DNA of 56,286 nt. It comes from a virus. Its lineage: Duplodnaviria; Caudoviricetes. Location: positions 1 through 56,286 of the IMG/VR virus record IMGVR_UViG_3300034118_001268; one strand, 5' to 3'. The notes beneath the pieces were generated by a model. That model saw nothing but the letters and a program-made list of their open reading frames with translations. It was not told the DNA's origin and ran no database searches. Both the position numbers and the translations under genes were made by a program. Positions 27,300 to 37,215 of this stretch are shown here, piece by piece. The stretch's first letter is position 1. Every line of letters starts with the position of its first letter.

Positions 27300-27530
27300 C
27301 CTTATCTCTATACCCCTATCTTATTTAGTTATTTCCTCTTTTCTATTATTATCTACTTATCTAATTATTTCTTACATAGAAGAAGATAAGAAGATTGTGT
27401 ATTGTATTATGTGAACTTTTGAGCTTTTGAAATCGACTCATTTTTGTTCCCCCTCCATGGTGCCGCATTTATTGCTCCGGCCACCGCAAATTTTCTTGTG
27501 TTATTGATATTTTTTGCATGCTATAAGGTG
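27300..27530. other. AT-rich non-coding divergence region (origin or terminus candidate)
   Basis: The most AT-rich stretch seen, at the switch between the two arms, next to the primase. Confidence 0.5.
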
Positions 27531-27632
27531 CCGGGTTGCATATTGCATGGAACCTGAATAGAACTCGTCCGATGGTCGGCGAGTTTAGGCCATTGAGCCT
27601 CCACCCACCAACCATAGAGGAGTGTCACACAC

Positions 27633-28859
27633 ATGACAGGAATGCTTCAGGGTTACCCTGGAATTGAGTTTGCAACTGGTGAAGAAGTTGGTCTCTTTGA
27701 TACCACTGGCCCAGTGCAGGTTGTTGATGCTGGTCTCATGTCGGCAATGCAGGTTGCCGGCTGCCTTGGCGTCGATCTCAAAAATATGTTGATGGGTGGC
27801 GACTTTGCCACAAATCCTTGGGCGCGAGGGACTTCTTTCACCGGCATTACCAACACTCCAGTTTACACAGCTGACCGGTTCTTCGCTGTTGGCGCCGCTG
27901 GTTCAAGCATCAGCGTTTCAAGACAGGCTGTCGCTGCGGGCGCGCTCTCCTCTCTTGGAAATCGTTTCACTCAAGCTCTGAGATTTGGTCGTGCGGCGTC
28001 GAACGCCGATTTGAATGAAATCTACCTCGGCCAGGTGCTTGAGTCTGCCCATTCTGCTCCATATCAGGGTCGCCGCGTTGCCTTTTCTTTCTGGGCGAGA
28101 GCGGGTGCAAACTTCTCTGCGTTGGGTAATCTCCTCAACGTTCGAGTGGTTACCGGCACGGGCACTGATCAATCTGCGGCGAACGCTGTTGCGGGCACGT
28201 GGACCGGTTACTCGAACCGTCAGCTTGCGGTTCCTTCGAACGGCGTCAGAAATATCGGCGGCGGTGCTGCCGGCAATCCTTCTGGCACTGAAGCTGCGGT
28301 CATTTTGACAAACGCAAACAATGTCCAGTTGACCACATCTTATGTGCGCTACTACCTGACGGCTCTCATTCCCGCGGATGCCAATCAGATCGGCGTGTTG
28401 CTTTCCTATGTGCCTGTCGGTACCGCCGGCGCCAACGACTTCTTCGAAGTCCTCGGACTCCAACTCGAACCGGTTGCCGCGACTCTCCCCTTCCCGTCTC
28501 CTTTCGAATTCAGAAAGGCGGCTGTGGAAGACCTGTTGTGCCGTCGCTATTGCCAATCCTTCCCGGAACCGGCTGCCGCCGTTGCCGTTGCTCCTGGGTT
28601 GGCGACTGGTGCAGCCGCTCAGAAGATCGCCATTCCGTTGTATCCGCCAATGCGTGCGGCTCCAACGATGACGATCCCGACCGCTGGGACGTTCCGCATC
28701 AACGTTGCCGGCACGCCGACTGCCGTCACACTCGCCGCAGCCACGTCTACCAGAAACTGCGGAAACCTCACGGGTGGCGCCACCAATACTGCTGGTCAAG
28801 CCGTTCTCCTTGAGGGCAACGGTGGCGCCGGGTTGATCGTGGCGTCTGCCGAACTGTAA
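27633..28859 (+). CDS. putative virion fibre/decoration protein with a carbohydrate-binding-like domain
   Basis: GAGGAG SD; NMLMGGDF...WARGT...YTADRF and LCRRY motifs typical of fibre modules; Ala/Gly/Thr-rich. Confidence 0.55.
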   Translation: MTGMLQGYPGIEFATGEEVGLFDTTGPVQVVDAGLMSAMQVAGCLGVDLKNMLMGGDFATNPWARGTSFTGITNTPVYTADRFFAVGAAGSSISVSRQAVAAGALSSLGNRFTQALRFGRAASNADLNEIYLGQVLESAHSAPYQGRRVAFSFWARAGANFSALGNLLNVRVVTGTGTDQSAANAVAGTWTGYSNRQLAVPSNGVRNIGGGAAGNPSGTEAAVILTNANNVQLTTSYVRYYLTALIPADANQIGVLLSYVPVGTAGANDFFEVLGLQLEPVAATLPFPSPFEFRKAAVEDLLCRRYCQSFPEPAAAVAVAPGLATGAAAQKIAIPLYPPMRAAPTMTIPTAGTFRINVAGTPTAVTLAAATSTRNCGNLTGGATNTAGQAVLLEGNGGAGLIVASAEL

Positions 28860-28907
28860 AAGATCAAACGCATTGGAAAGATCATGCCGCGAGTCAGGGG
28901 AATTACG

Positions 28908-29138
28908 ATGCCGAAACGTGAAAATGTCGAGTCCATAAGGGTTCGTCAAATTGAGAACGGTTATATCGTTTCGAAAGAGACGTATACATCTTCAAAAGGT
29001 TTTGAGTGTCGTGAAGTCTTCACTGACAAGCGTCCTGATCTTTCCGTCGCTGGTCTGAAACCAAAGTCTTCTGGAGGCGCCTCAAAAGCGCCTTCAAGTT
29101 CTCTCAACAAGGCCATCGGTGAGTTGAAAAAGAAATAA
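28908..29138 (+). CDS. hypothetical protein
   Basis: SIRVRQIENGYIV; GGGGA SD. Confidence 0.6.
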   Translation: MPKRENVESIRVRQIENGYIVSKETYTSSKGFECREVFTDKRPDLSVAGLKPKSSGGASKAPSSSLNKAIGELKKK

Positions 29139-29164
29139 AGTCCAACAAGATAGGGATTTCAAAA

Positions 29165-29491
29165 ATGGCAAATGGTAAAGCCGGAAGACCCCTGGGCAGT
29201 AAAGACTCGAAGCCAAGGAATGCAGACCGACCGTTTGCCGATGCTTTGAGGGTTGCAATCCACAGAGCCATTGACTCCGGTGAACACAAAGGCAAGGTGC
29301 GATTGAATGTGATTGCTGAGAAGTTGGCAGTCGCCGCCATCAACGGAGACGCTTGGGCAATCAAGGAAATCGCCGATAGAATGGACGGTCGTCCTGCCCA
29401 ACAGATCAATCATGCAGGTTCCAATGGCGATGAGCTTCCAACCGGGATCTCGGTTGTCTTCGTCCCAACAGGCGGAAAGCCTAGTCCGTGA
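29165..29491 (+). CDS. terS: terminase small subunit (probable)
   Basis: [25 protein letters not shown]; overlaps the terL start. Confidence 0.7.
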   Translation: MANGKAGRPLGSKDSKPRNADRPFADALRVAIHRAIDSGEHKGKVRLNVIAEKLAVAAINGDAWAIKEIADRMDGRPAQQINHAGSNGDELPTGISVVFVPTGGKPSP

Positions 29492-30768
29492 CACAGGCTA
29501 GAGCCCAGTTTCCAGAGAAGCTCCAACTTCTCTTCAAGCCAAAGAGATACAAGGTTCTCCACGGCGGGCGCGGAGGCGCCAAGTCCTGGGGAATTGCTAG
29601 AGCGTTGTTGGTTCTAGCGGCATCGAAACCATTGAGAATACTCTGCGCCCGTGAGTTTCAAAACTCAATTGCAGAGTCGGTCCACCAACTTCTCTCACAA
29701 CAAATCGTGGCGCTCGGCCTTTCGGCATTTTATGATGTTCAAGAGACCAAGATCATAGGCAACAATGGCTCTGAATTTGTTTTTGCTGGTTTGAGAAAGA
29801 ACATCAACTCACTTAAATCATTTGAAGGCGTCGACATCGTCTGGGTCGAAGAAGCTGTGAACGTGTCAAAACGCAGCTGGGAAGTCTTGATCCCCACAAT
29901 CAGAAAGGACGGTTCTGAGATTTGGGTCAGCTTCAATCCCGAACTTGAGACTGATGAGACCTACGTTAGGTTCGTCAAGGATCCCCCTCCAAATGCGGTA
30001 GTGTCGGAGATCTCTTGGAGAGACAACCCCTGGTTCCCTGAGGTGCTTCGTGTAGAGATGGAGACACTGAAGGCCAAGGACCCGGATGCTTGGCTCCACG
30101 TTTGGGAAGGCAAGTGTTCTCAGACTCTGACCGGCGCCATCTACGCCAAGGAGCTTCGTGCTGTGCTCGAGGAGAAGCGCAGAACACGGGTTCCATATGA
30201 TCCTAGCAAACCAGTGTTCACGTTCTGGGACCTTGGCAGGTCGGATCACACGGCCATCTGGTTTGCCCAGCTTGTTGGCTATGAACGTCGCATCATTGAC
30301 TATTACTCAAACAACCTTCAGTCTATTGGTCACTACATGAAGACCCTTCAGACGAAGCCCTATGTGTATGATACTCACTACCTACCTCATGACGCTAGAT
30401 CGAAGACCATCATGCATCCTCTTTCAATCGAGGGTCAGATGGTCGCCGCTGGCTTCAAGGTGCAGATTGTCCCGAACATCAGCATCGAAGACGGCATCAA
30501 TGCGGCTCGCACCATATTTCCTTCTTGCGTCTTTGATGAGCAGAACACTCAAGACGGTTGGCAGTGTCTGAGCCACTATCAATACAAGGTCGACGAAGTC
30601 ACCGGCCAATTCAGCAAAGAACCGCTGCACAATTGGGCCTCCCATGGTGCCGACGCATTCCGCTACCTGGCGGTTGGTCTCAAAGAGGCCAAGCCGAAAG
30701 GTCTGAAACAACAGAAGACCATCAACGTTGAACTGCCCATGACCGGCGGTGCGTGGTTGTCGTCATGA
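29488..30768 (+). CDS. terL: terminase large subunit (PBSX-type)
   Basis: [21 protein letters not shown]...D, HGADAFRY. Confidence 0.95.
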   Translation: MTQARAQFPEKLQLLFKPKRYKVLHGGRGGAKSWGIARALLVLAASKPLRILCAREFQNSIAESVHQLLSQQIVALGLSAFYDVQETKIIGNNGSEFVFAGLRKNINSLKSFEGVDIVWVEEAVNVSKRSWEVLIPTIRKDGSEIWVSFNPELETDETYVRFVKDPPPNAVVSEISWRDNPWFPEVLRVEMETLKAKDPDAWLHVWEGKCSQTLTGAIYAKELRAVLEEKRRTRVPYDPSKPVFTFWDLGRSDHTAIWFAQLVGYERRIIDYYSNNLQSIGHYMKTLQTKPYVYDTHYLPHDARSKTIMHPLSIEGQMVAAGFKVQIVPNISIEDGINAARTIFPSCVFDEQNTQDGWQCLSHYQYKVDEVTGQFSKEPLHNWASHGADAFRYLAVGLKEAKPKGLKQQKTINVELPMTGGAWLSS

Positions 30769-30781
30769 AGGAGCCGTCCAA

Positions 30782-33199
30782 ATGAGTGGCTATATCGAAG
30801 TTCCGCAGGGCGATGGTCTGGATCCTGAACAGTTCCTCCCCATTCTCGAACCTCAGAAGCCTGAAGACCTCTCACAAGAGGAAGATCCTCAGGCTACAAA
30901 GAAGGTTCCAAAGCGCCAAGGCGATAAGATCCTTGAAGAGGCCAAGGAGAGGTTCAAACTCTGTGCTGCGTGGGAAGCACTGACTCGAAAGAGAAACCTC
31001 GAGGACTTGAAGTTCGTTGAAGCTGACAGTGAGAACGGCTTTCAATGGCCGAACGATGTTCGCAAGGCCAGAGAGGTCGATAAAAGACCTGCGCTGACTA
31101 TCAACAAGACCAGGCAACACTGCCTGATGATCATCAACGACGCCAAGCAGAACAAGCCGACCATCAAGATCAAAGCGACAGGCGGCGGTGCCACGTATCA
31201 GGCGGCACAGGTGCTTGAGAGCATCGTTCGCAGCATTGAATACCACTCGAATGCTTCCAGTGCCTACGACTCAGCCACTGAGAGCCAGGTCAAAATGGGC
31301 ATCGGCTACTGGCGTGTGGTCACCGACTACGTGGCTGACGACTCATTTGACCAGGAGATCTTCATTCGAAGGGTCCGTGACCCGTTCTCAGTCTATATCG
31401 ACCCTGACATCAATGAGGTTGACGGGTCAGATGCCTCCTACGCATTCATCTTCCAAGATATGCCAGTCGATGAGTTCAACCGATCCTATCCGAACTTGAA
31501 GGGCAAGGTTGGTCGCAGCAATACCGGTCTCGATGAAGGCAACGACTGGGTTGATGATAAACACGTGCGCCGCGCCGAATACTTCAGACGCTTGGAACGT
31601 GAAGAGGAACTCATATCATTTGTCGACCCATCGAGCAACGAGAGGAAGGTTGTCAAGGCCTCGGACCTGAGTCCTGAGATCGTCGACATGGTTAAGAACG
31701 ACCCTATGACACGGACGAGGATGGCCTCAACATACGACGTTGAGTGGTTCTTGATCGTTGGCTCCATGGTTCTCGAGACCAAGATTTGGCCTGGGAAATA
31801 CATCCCGATCGTTCGAGTGATTGGTGAAGAGACCATCATTGACAAAGAGCTTGATCGCAAGGGCCATGTGAGGGCGTTGAAAGACCCTCAACGTGTTTAC
31901 AACTATTGGAGTTCGTCGGCCGTCGAGAACGTTGCCCTCCAGTCCAAGACACCATACATCGCATCTGCCGAGTCAATTGAGGGCTTCGAGAACCAGTACG
32001 GCAACGCCAATCAGATCAACTATTCGGTCCTGCCCTACAATGCCTACGATGACCAGGGGAGGCCGCTACAACCACCGAAGCGCCAAGAGCCTGTGTCCAT
32101 GCCTCAAGCATACATCACCGGCCTCCAGATTTCAAGCTCTGAAATGATGGCCGTCTCAGGCCAGTACGAGCCCACGCTCGGGGAGCAGGGTGATGAGAAG
32201 ACGGGCATAGCCATCCAGGAACGTCAGCGTACTGGCAACAAGGCGACATTCCACTACATTGACAACCTTGCTGTTGCCATTAGGTTCACCGGCAAGATCC
32301 TGATTGACCTGATCCCGAAGATCTATGACACGCCGAGAATGATCAGAATTCTGGGCGAGGATGGGACTGAGAGTCAAATTCAGATCGACCCTACTCAACA
32401 GCAGGCTTTGGCTGAAAGCAGGAAGCCATCACAACGTGAAATGGATAAACAGGTCGCCATCACCCAAATACTCAATCCAAACGTTGGGAGATACGAAGTT
32501 CAATCTGACGTGGGTCCGAACTACGCAACCAAGCGTCAAGAAGCTTTCAACTCATTCACTCAGATCATTTCCACCCGTCCTGAGTTGGTGCAGATCATCG
32601 GCGATATTCTCATGAAGGCTGGCGACTTCCCCATGGCGGACGAGGCCGCGGAGCGACTGAAGAGGATGGTTCCGAAGCAGGCGTTGGGCGAAGGACCTGA
32701 TCCTGAGACCCAGATCCTGATGGAACAGGTCGAAGGGTTGAAACAAAGCTTAGCAGCTGCGTTGCAAGCTCTGGCCGATAAAACCGGTGAAACCAAAGTC
32801 AGTCAGGAAAAAGTGGCCGTTGACACCTTCAAGGCTGAAACTGACCGGATGCAGACCATGATCGACCTTGTTGACAAGGCGTTGGCTAGAGCCGCCGATC
32901 CTGCCGCCATGGCTGACGCTGTCAGGAAAGTTTTGTTAGATACATTGGGCGACGAAGGTAGTAATATACCTGACCTCATACAAGGATACCAGAACATGGC
33001 ACCGCCTGACCAAGGCATCGATCAACCAAATTCACTGGCACAGCCCATGGGCAATCCTGGTGAAGCCACGCCGCGAGACATACAACCATCGCCGGATGAC
33101 ACACCCATCGAAGGGATGAGGCGTGCACCCGATGGTAAATACTACCTGCCCGACCCTGAGCGTCCGGGCAAATACCTCGAAGTTTTGGGGACTACCTGA
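30782..33199 (+). CDS. portal protein (P22-like)
   Basis: RPALTINK, KDPQRVYNYW, GRYEV...GPNYATKRQE; size and position; AAGGAG SD before MSGY. Confidence 0.9.
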   Translation: MSGYIEVPQGDGLDPEQFLPILEPQKPEDLSQEEDPQATKKVPKRQGDKILEEAKERFKLCAAWEALTRKRNLEDLKFVEADSENGFQWPNDVRKAREVDKRPALTINKTRQHCLMIINDAKQNKPTIKIKATGGGATYQAAQVLESIVRSIEYHSNASSAYDSATESQVKMGIGYWRVVTDYVADDSFDQEIFIRRVRDPFSVYIDPDINEVDGSDASYAFIFQDMPVDEFNRSYPNLKGKVGRSNTGLDEGNDWVDDKHVRRAEYFRRLEREEELISFVDPSSNERKVVKASDLSPEIVDMVKNDPMTRTRMASTYDVEWFLIVGSMVLETKIWPGKYIPIVRVIGEETIIDKELDRKGHVRALKDPQRVYNYWSSSAVENVALQSKTPYIASAESIEGFENQYGNANQINYSVLPYNAYDDQGRPLQPPKRQEPVSMPQAYITGLQISSSEMMAVSGQYEPTLGEQGDEKTGIAIQERQRTGNKATFHYIDNLAVAIRFTGKILIDLIPKIYDTPRMIRILGEDGTESQIQIDPTQQQALAESRKPSQREMDKQVAITQILNPNVGRYEVQSDVGPNYATKRQEAFNSFTQIISTRPELVQIIGDILMKAGDFPMADEAAERLKRMVPKQALGEGPDPETQILMEQVEGLKQSLAAALQALADKTGETKVSQEKVAVDTFKAETDRMQTMIDLVDKALARAADPAAMADAVRKVLLDTLGDEGSNIPDLIQGYQNMAPPDQGIDQPNSLAQPMGNPGEATPRDIQPSPDDTPIEGMRRAPDGKYYLPDPERPGKYLEVLGTT

Positions 33200-33200
33200 T

Positions 33201-33830
33201 ATGTCAGGCAACATCAAAACCAGACCGGTTGATCACGATCCCTTTGCTCCTCAGTTGGTCAAAGCTCCAAAGACCAGAAGTGGTCGAGAAGAGTTGGTCG
33301 ACACTATGAGACGAATGGCGAGTCAAAGCACCGATGGGAATTACCGAGGCGCTCTCGATCAGATGGAGATGGCCATGTTCTCGGCCTATCCTAACCGCTT
33401 TCTTGCGATGCACAATGGCATGCCAGTTGGAGCAATAGCTTACGGCTCCTCAAAGGGTACGTCAGAAGACCACGTTGAAGTGCATCATCTCGGGTCCATC
33501 CACCCGGGCGTTGGTAAGATGCTTCTCGAACAAGCCATGCAGCATGCCACAAAGACCGACAAGATCATCCACCTCCATTCCACCGAAGAAGCTATTCCGT
33601 TTTATGAGCGGATGGGCTTCACTCAGAGGAATGAGTACGAGAATGATCCTGTCATGCAGTTCGATCCGAGTGGCATGGGGCCTGGTGAAACGTGGAAACC
33701 TGAGACAGAGGAGAAGGAACACCCGTTGATCGACGGTCTGCGCCAAGCAGCTGACGGCAATTGGTATATCCCAAACCCAGACAGGCCGGGCAAGTATCTC
33801 CAAGTTGTGGAACCTTCAAAAGGCGTTTGA
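33201..33830 (+). CDS. GNAT acetyltransferase with an N-terminal PVDHDPF tag and a portal-like C-terminal module
   Basis: HLGSIHPGVGKMLL...AIPFYERMGF GNAT motifs. Confidence 0.75.
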   Translation: MSGNIKTRPVDHDPFAPQLVKAPKTRSGREELVDTMRRMASQSTDGNYRGALDQMEMAMFSAYPNRFLAMHNGMPVGAIAYGSSKGTSEDHVEVHHLGSIHPGVGKMLLEQAMQHATKTDKIIHLHSTEEAIPFYERMGFTQRNEYENDPVMQFDPSGMGPGETWKPETEEKEHPLIDGLRQAADGNWYIPNPDRPGKYLQVVEPSKGV

Positions 33831-33833
33831 ACA

Positions 33834-34445
33834 ATGTCAGGATCCCAGAACCCGATCATCAAGAAGTTCGGATACTCTGATCTAGATGAGAAGGGGCAGA
33901 ACAAACTTTTTGACCAGTTCTCGTCGTCCTATAAAAAGGAGACTGGCTCTTCATGGGACCGACCTAAGTTTGAGAGCCGGGCACAGAATTGGGAGTTCCA
34001 TGGTGACACCGACGGCTTCATAGCAGTCAGACCTCAGCAGTCTGGCATGAAGAAGATGGTTGGGGTTGCCGGCGATCCGAGATCCATCATCAAAGGTGTC
34101 GACAGCCTTCAAGCAGAAGGCGGACCGATTTGGGGTGCCGTGTCTTCACCGTTAGCTGCCATGGCCAAGAAGCGTGGCATGATTGTGCCACACCTCCACT
34201 TCGGTGGACCCACGCTGATCAAAGCCATCATGCCGACGGTGCCCGACAAGGTCTTTGGAGGCGTGCGCCCTCAAGTCCAAAAGGATGGTGGCCTGGTCAT
34301 GGACTACCCAGACGTGGGGAAGACGACTAAATACCTTGTGATGAACAAGGAGTATTTGAATGAGATGCTGAAGCATCCTACTGCCTCCAAGACAATTGCT
34401 GGCAACGCAGCCATTAAGACATTCTTGAAGTTGGTGGGAGTCTAA
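33834..34445 (+). CDS. hypothetical protein (cargo cassette)
   Basis: ORF packing; MSGS start. Confidence 0.7.
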   Translation: MSGSQNPIIKKFGYSDLDEKGQNKLFDQFSSSYKKETGSSWDRPKFESRAQNWEFHGDTDGFIAVRPQQSGMKKMVGVAGDPRSIIKGVDSLQAEGGPIWGAVSSPLAAMAKKRGMIVPHLHFGGPTLIKAIMPTVPDKVFGGVRPQVQKDGGLVMDYPDVGKTTKYLVMNKEYLNEMLKHPTASKTIAGNAAIKTFLKLVGV

Positions 34446-34447
34446 CC

Positions 34448-35788
34448 GTGTCTGGATCTTCCAACAAACTTGCTCCCATAATGGCATGGCACGCGTCGCC
34501 GTACGATTTCGACAAGTTTGGTGAAATGAAGAAGACTGTTGGGACAGGGCAAGGAGCTTCGTCCTACGGGAAAGGTGCGGCATACGTCGCTGAGTCTCGT
34601 TCCGTGTCAGGTCCCGGTCGATCAGAATATATGGAGGAATTTGCAAAGCATCCAGCATCTGTTGGCGAGAAGGTCGGTGGTTTCAGCATGGCCCAGATCC
34701 AGGATGACATGACTCCTAATAACTGGAGGGGGTTTTCTACGGCAAATCTTCCGCATCCTTTCAACACCTTGTCAACCCGCGCTTTTGAGTTGATTTCAGA
34801 GGCGACCTACGCCCACGCTTTGCACGGAGGTTCCGGCGCCAAAAGTCTTAAAGATCAGGTCAATCGTGATGCGGATCAGTTGATCGCAGAACCGGATGAT
34901 TATACAACTCATGGAGAGGACGCCCAGTTTCTGATTGCAGCAGCGAAAGAAGCCAAAGCATTCATCGAGAAACACCACACATCTCCCAAAAATAGCGGTC
35001 CATACTCATATCAAGTGGCCGTCCACCTAACGCCTGAGACGATGCTTGATTGGGATAGTGTCTTGGGAGATCATCATGAGCAGGCTCAGAAGAAGTTAGC
35101 CCCGTTGCAACACATGATGGAAGGAACTGAAACTCTAAGCGATTACGACCTTTCTCAAATGGACGAAGAAGACCGCAAAGCCTATGAGGAGGATAAATCG
35201 TCTCGAGGTTTCACAAATCCTAATAAGAGTGGACAGGATTTTTACCACGACTTGATGAGACACTTTGACAAAGGTGGAGTAGATATTGGTATTGCCGCGT
35301 CCGAAGCTCTTTACAATGCTGGGATCCACGGGATCCGGTATTTAGATGGTTTGAGCAGACAAATTCCTCCTGAACTCAAATACAACGATAAGCCAATAGG
35401 GAAATATCTAAATGAACTTGCAAAATCAGACAAAGTCGAGCCCAAATATGAGTCCCTGAACCTTATTGCGAAAGTTCATAGACAGATCACGCATGGTTCA
35501 ATGAATTTTGACCAATTGAAAAAGGTATTTGAAAGCAATCGTCCTCTTCCAATTCATTGGGAATTCGACTCCGATGTCTTATCCGAAGCTAGAGATTTAT
35601 TGAAAAATGAGGCATCGAAGTTTTCTACTTACCGCCCGTCAGCCAGCTACAACTATGTCATTTTCCACCCGGATTTTGTAGAAGCATTGTCTCAATACAA
35701 TATCAAGGGCGATAAGGTGAAAGACTTTGGGCCGGGTGTCCACCTGAAATCTGTTGAGCACGATCCGTTTAAGGACGAAGGCAAATGA
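34448..35788 (+). CDS. ADP-ribosyltransferase-like (ART-PolyVal-type) protein, paralog 1
   Basis: AWHASP..F, GTGQGA..YG.GAAY, Y.V...LDWD, GIHGIRYLD, NYVIF; C-terminal VEHDPF. Confidence 0.65.
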   Translation: MSGSSNKLAPIMAWHASPYDFDKFGEMKKTVGTGQGASSYGKGAAYVAESRSVSGPGRSEYMEEFAKHPASVGEKVGGFSMAQIQDDMTPNNWRGFSTANLPHPFNTLSTRAFELISEATYAHALHGGSGAKSLKDQVNRDADQLIAEPDDYTTHGEDAQFLIAAAKEAKAFIEKHHTSPKNSGPYSYQVAVHLTPETMLDWDSVLGDHHEQAQKKLAPLQHMMEGTETLSDYDLSQMDEEDRKAYEEDKSSRGFTNPNKSGQDFYHDLMRHFDKGGVDIGIAASEALYNAGIHGIRYLDGLSRQIPPELKYNDKPIGKYLNELAKSDKVEPKYESLNLIAKVHRQITHGSMNFDQLKKVFESNRPLPIHWEFDSDVLSEARDLLKNEASKFSTYRPSASYNYVIFHPDFVEALSQYNIKGDKVKDFGPGVHLKSVEHDPFKDEGK

Positions 35789-37215
35789 GCGGTAGTGACT
35801 TTCGCAAAACTCTGACGGCGTGGCACGCATCCCCTTTCGACATCCCCGAAGGGCAGTTTGCTCCTATGCGGGCGTCTTCAGGCACCGGCCAGGGCGCGGC
35901 AGCTTACGGAAGAGGGGCAGCCTATGTGGCCCAGTCTCCAGCCTTATCAGGGCCTGGGGAGTCAGTCTACATGAAAGAGTTTTCTCGACACCGCGCCGTT
36001 ACAAAATCTGAAAAAAGGTGGCACATCAACATTGATGGTGAATGGGAACCACTTGATGATAGTTTTCACGATTTGTCAAGCGCCGTGGCTATGGATGAGG
36101 AACACAAAACAGCATTAGATCAAAGAGAAGCTGGTTTTAATTGGATCTCAAATCGTCTTAGCAAGTTTAACCAACACATGCACGATAATGCTTTAAACCA
36201 AATAGAGGTAGATCTCAATATGTTGGGAGACGAAGATTTTGCAAAGTATATGGGTATGCTGGCAGGGCCACCTGTCGACGATAACAATTACACGCCGGAC
36301 CACGCTAGAATGGTTAGAAGTGGGTTAGAGCTTGCAAAAAAGAAATTGAGATTTCTTGGAGATGACCCCACAGGTGGTCCATACTCATACGAAGTGGCTC
36401 TAGACTTGTCCCCTCACAACATGTTGGATTGGGATAACACATTAGAGGACCACCACCCGAAAGCTCTTGAAAAAATTAAGTCAGCTTTTTCCAACGTTAT
36501 TGAGGACGCAAAGCAGGAGACTCACCCTTTTGACGGTTTGTCCGGAAAATCGGGAGAAGAAGTCTATTCAGCCCTTCAAAGGCTCCATGCTTCTGGGTAT
36601 TCGTTGAAGGGGACCATTCCGGAACACGATTTGAAGTTCGACGCCTCTGAAGGTTTGCACAAAGCTGGAATTAGGGCAATCAGATATATGGATGGTGATA
36701 GTCGGGGGAAGTGGATTGATTACAAAAAAGACCTTGAGTTGAGCAAGCCGAGATATATTGAAGAAGTTGTCGGACTTGCCCCCAGAGAAGGTGCCGAAAA
36801 GAAGGTCACCAATCCAAAAGTTTTGGACGAAATAACTAGAACTCTTTTCCTATCGGACAATGTATTTGACAGAAAACCCCAGCCATCAATTCAAGGCGTC
36901 ATTAGCCATATCACTGATTTGCTTCGCGGCTATGACAAAAAGCCCGAAGAAGTTGCGCAATACGCCAAGTTCTTAAACTGGATTGCGGAAAATCAAAACC
37001 ACATTGAGGTCAAGAAGGTCACCAAAACCTTACCGCCTTTGAAGCCGGTCCCGGAAAAGCCCAAGAATTTGACTTACAACTACGTCGTTCTTGACCCAAA
37101 ATTCATCAAGACAATCGCCCAATACAATATCAAAGGCGAGAAGCTCAAGGACTACGGTTCTGGCGTCCACCTCCATCCAGTTGATCACGACCCGTTTAAG
37201 GATAGCGGCCAATGA
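35785..37215 (+). CDS. ART-like protein, paralog 2
   Basis: Same conserved blocks; C-terminal PVDHDPF. Confidence 0.65.
   Translation: MSGSDFRKTLTAWHASPFDIPEGQFAPMRASSGTGQGAAAYGRGAAYVAQSPALSGPGESVYMKEFSRHRAVTKSEKRWHINIDGEWEPLDDSFHDLSSAVAMDEEHKTALDQREAGFNWISNRLSKFNQHMHDNALNQIEVDLNMLGDEDFAKYMGMLAGPPVDDNNYTPDHARMVRSGLELAKKKLRFLGDDPTGGPYSYEVALDLSPHNMLDWDNTLEDHHPKALEKIKSAFSNVIEDAKQETHPFDGLSGKSGEEVYSALQRLHASGYSLKGTIPEHDLKFDASEGLHKAGIRAIRYMDGDSRGKWIDYKKDLELSKPRYIEEVVGLAPREGAEKKVTNPKVLDEITRTLFLSDNVFDRKPQPSIQGVISHITDLLRGYDKKPEEVAQYAKFLNWIAENQNHIEVKKVTKTLPPLKPVPEKPKNLTYNYVVLDPKFIKTIAQYNIKGEKLKDYGSGVHLHPVDHDPFKDSGQ

Noticed and set aside
27918-28949. Long minus-strand ORF (343 aa)
   Set aside because: Shadow of the 27633-28859 gene.
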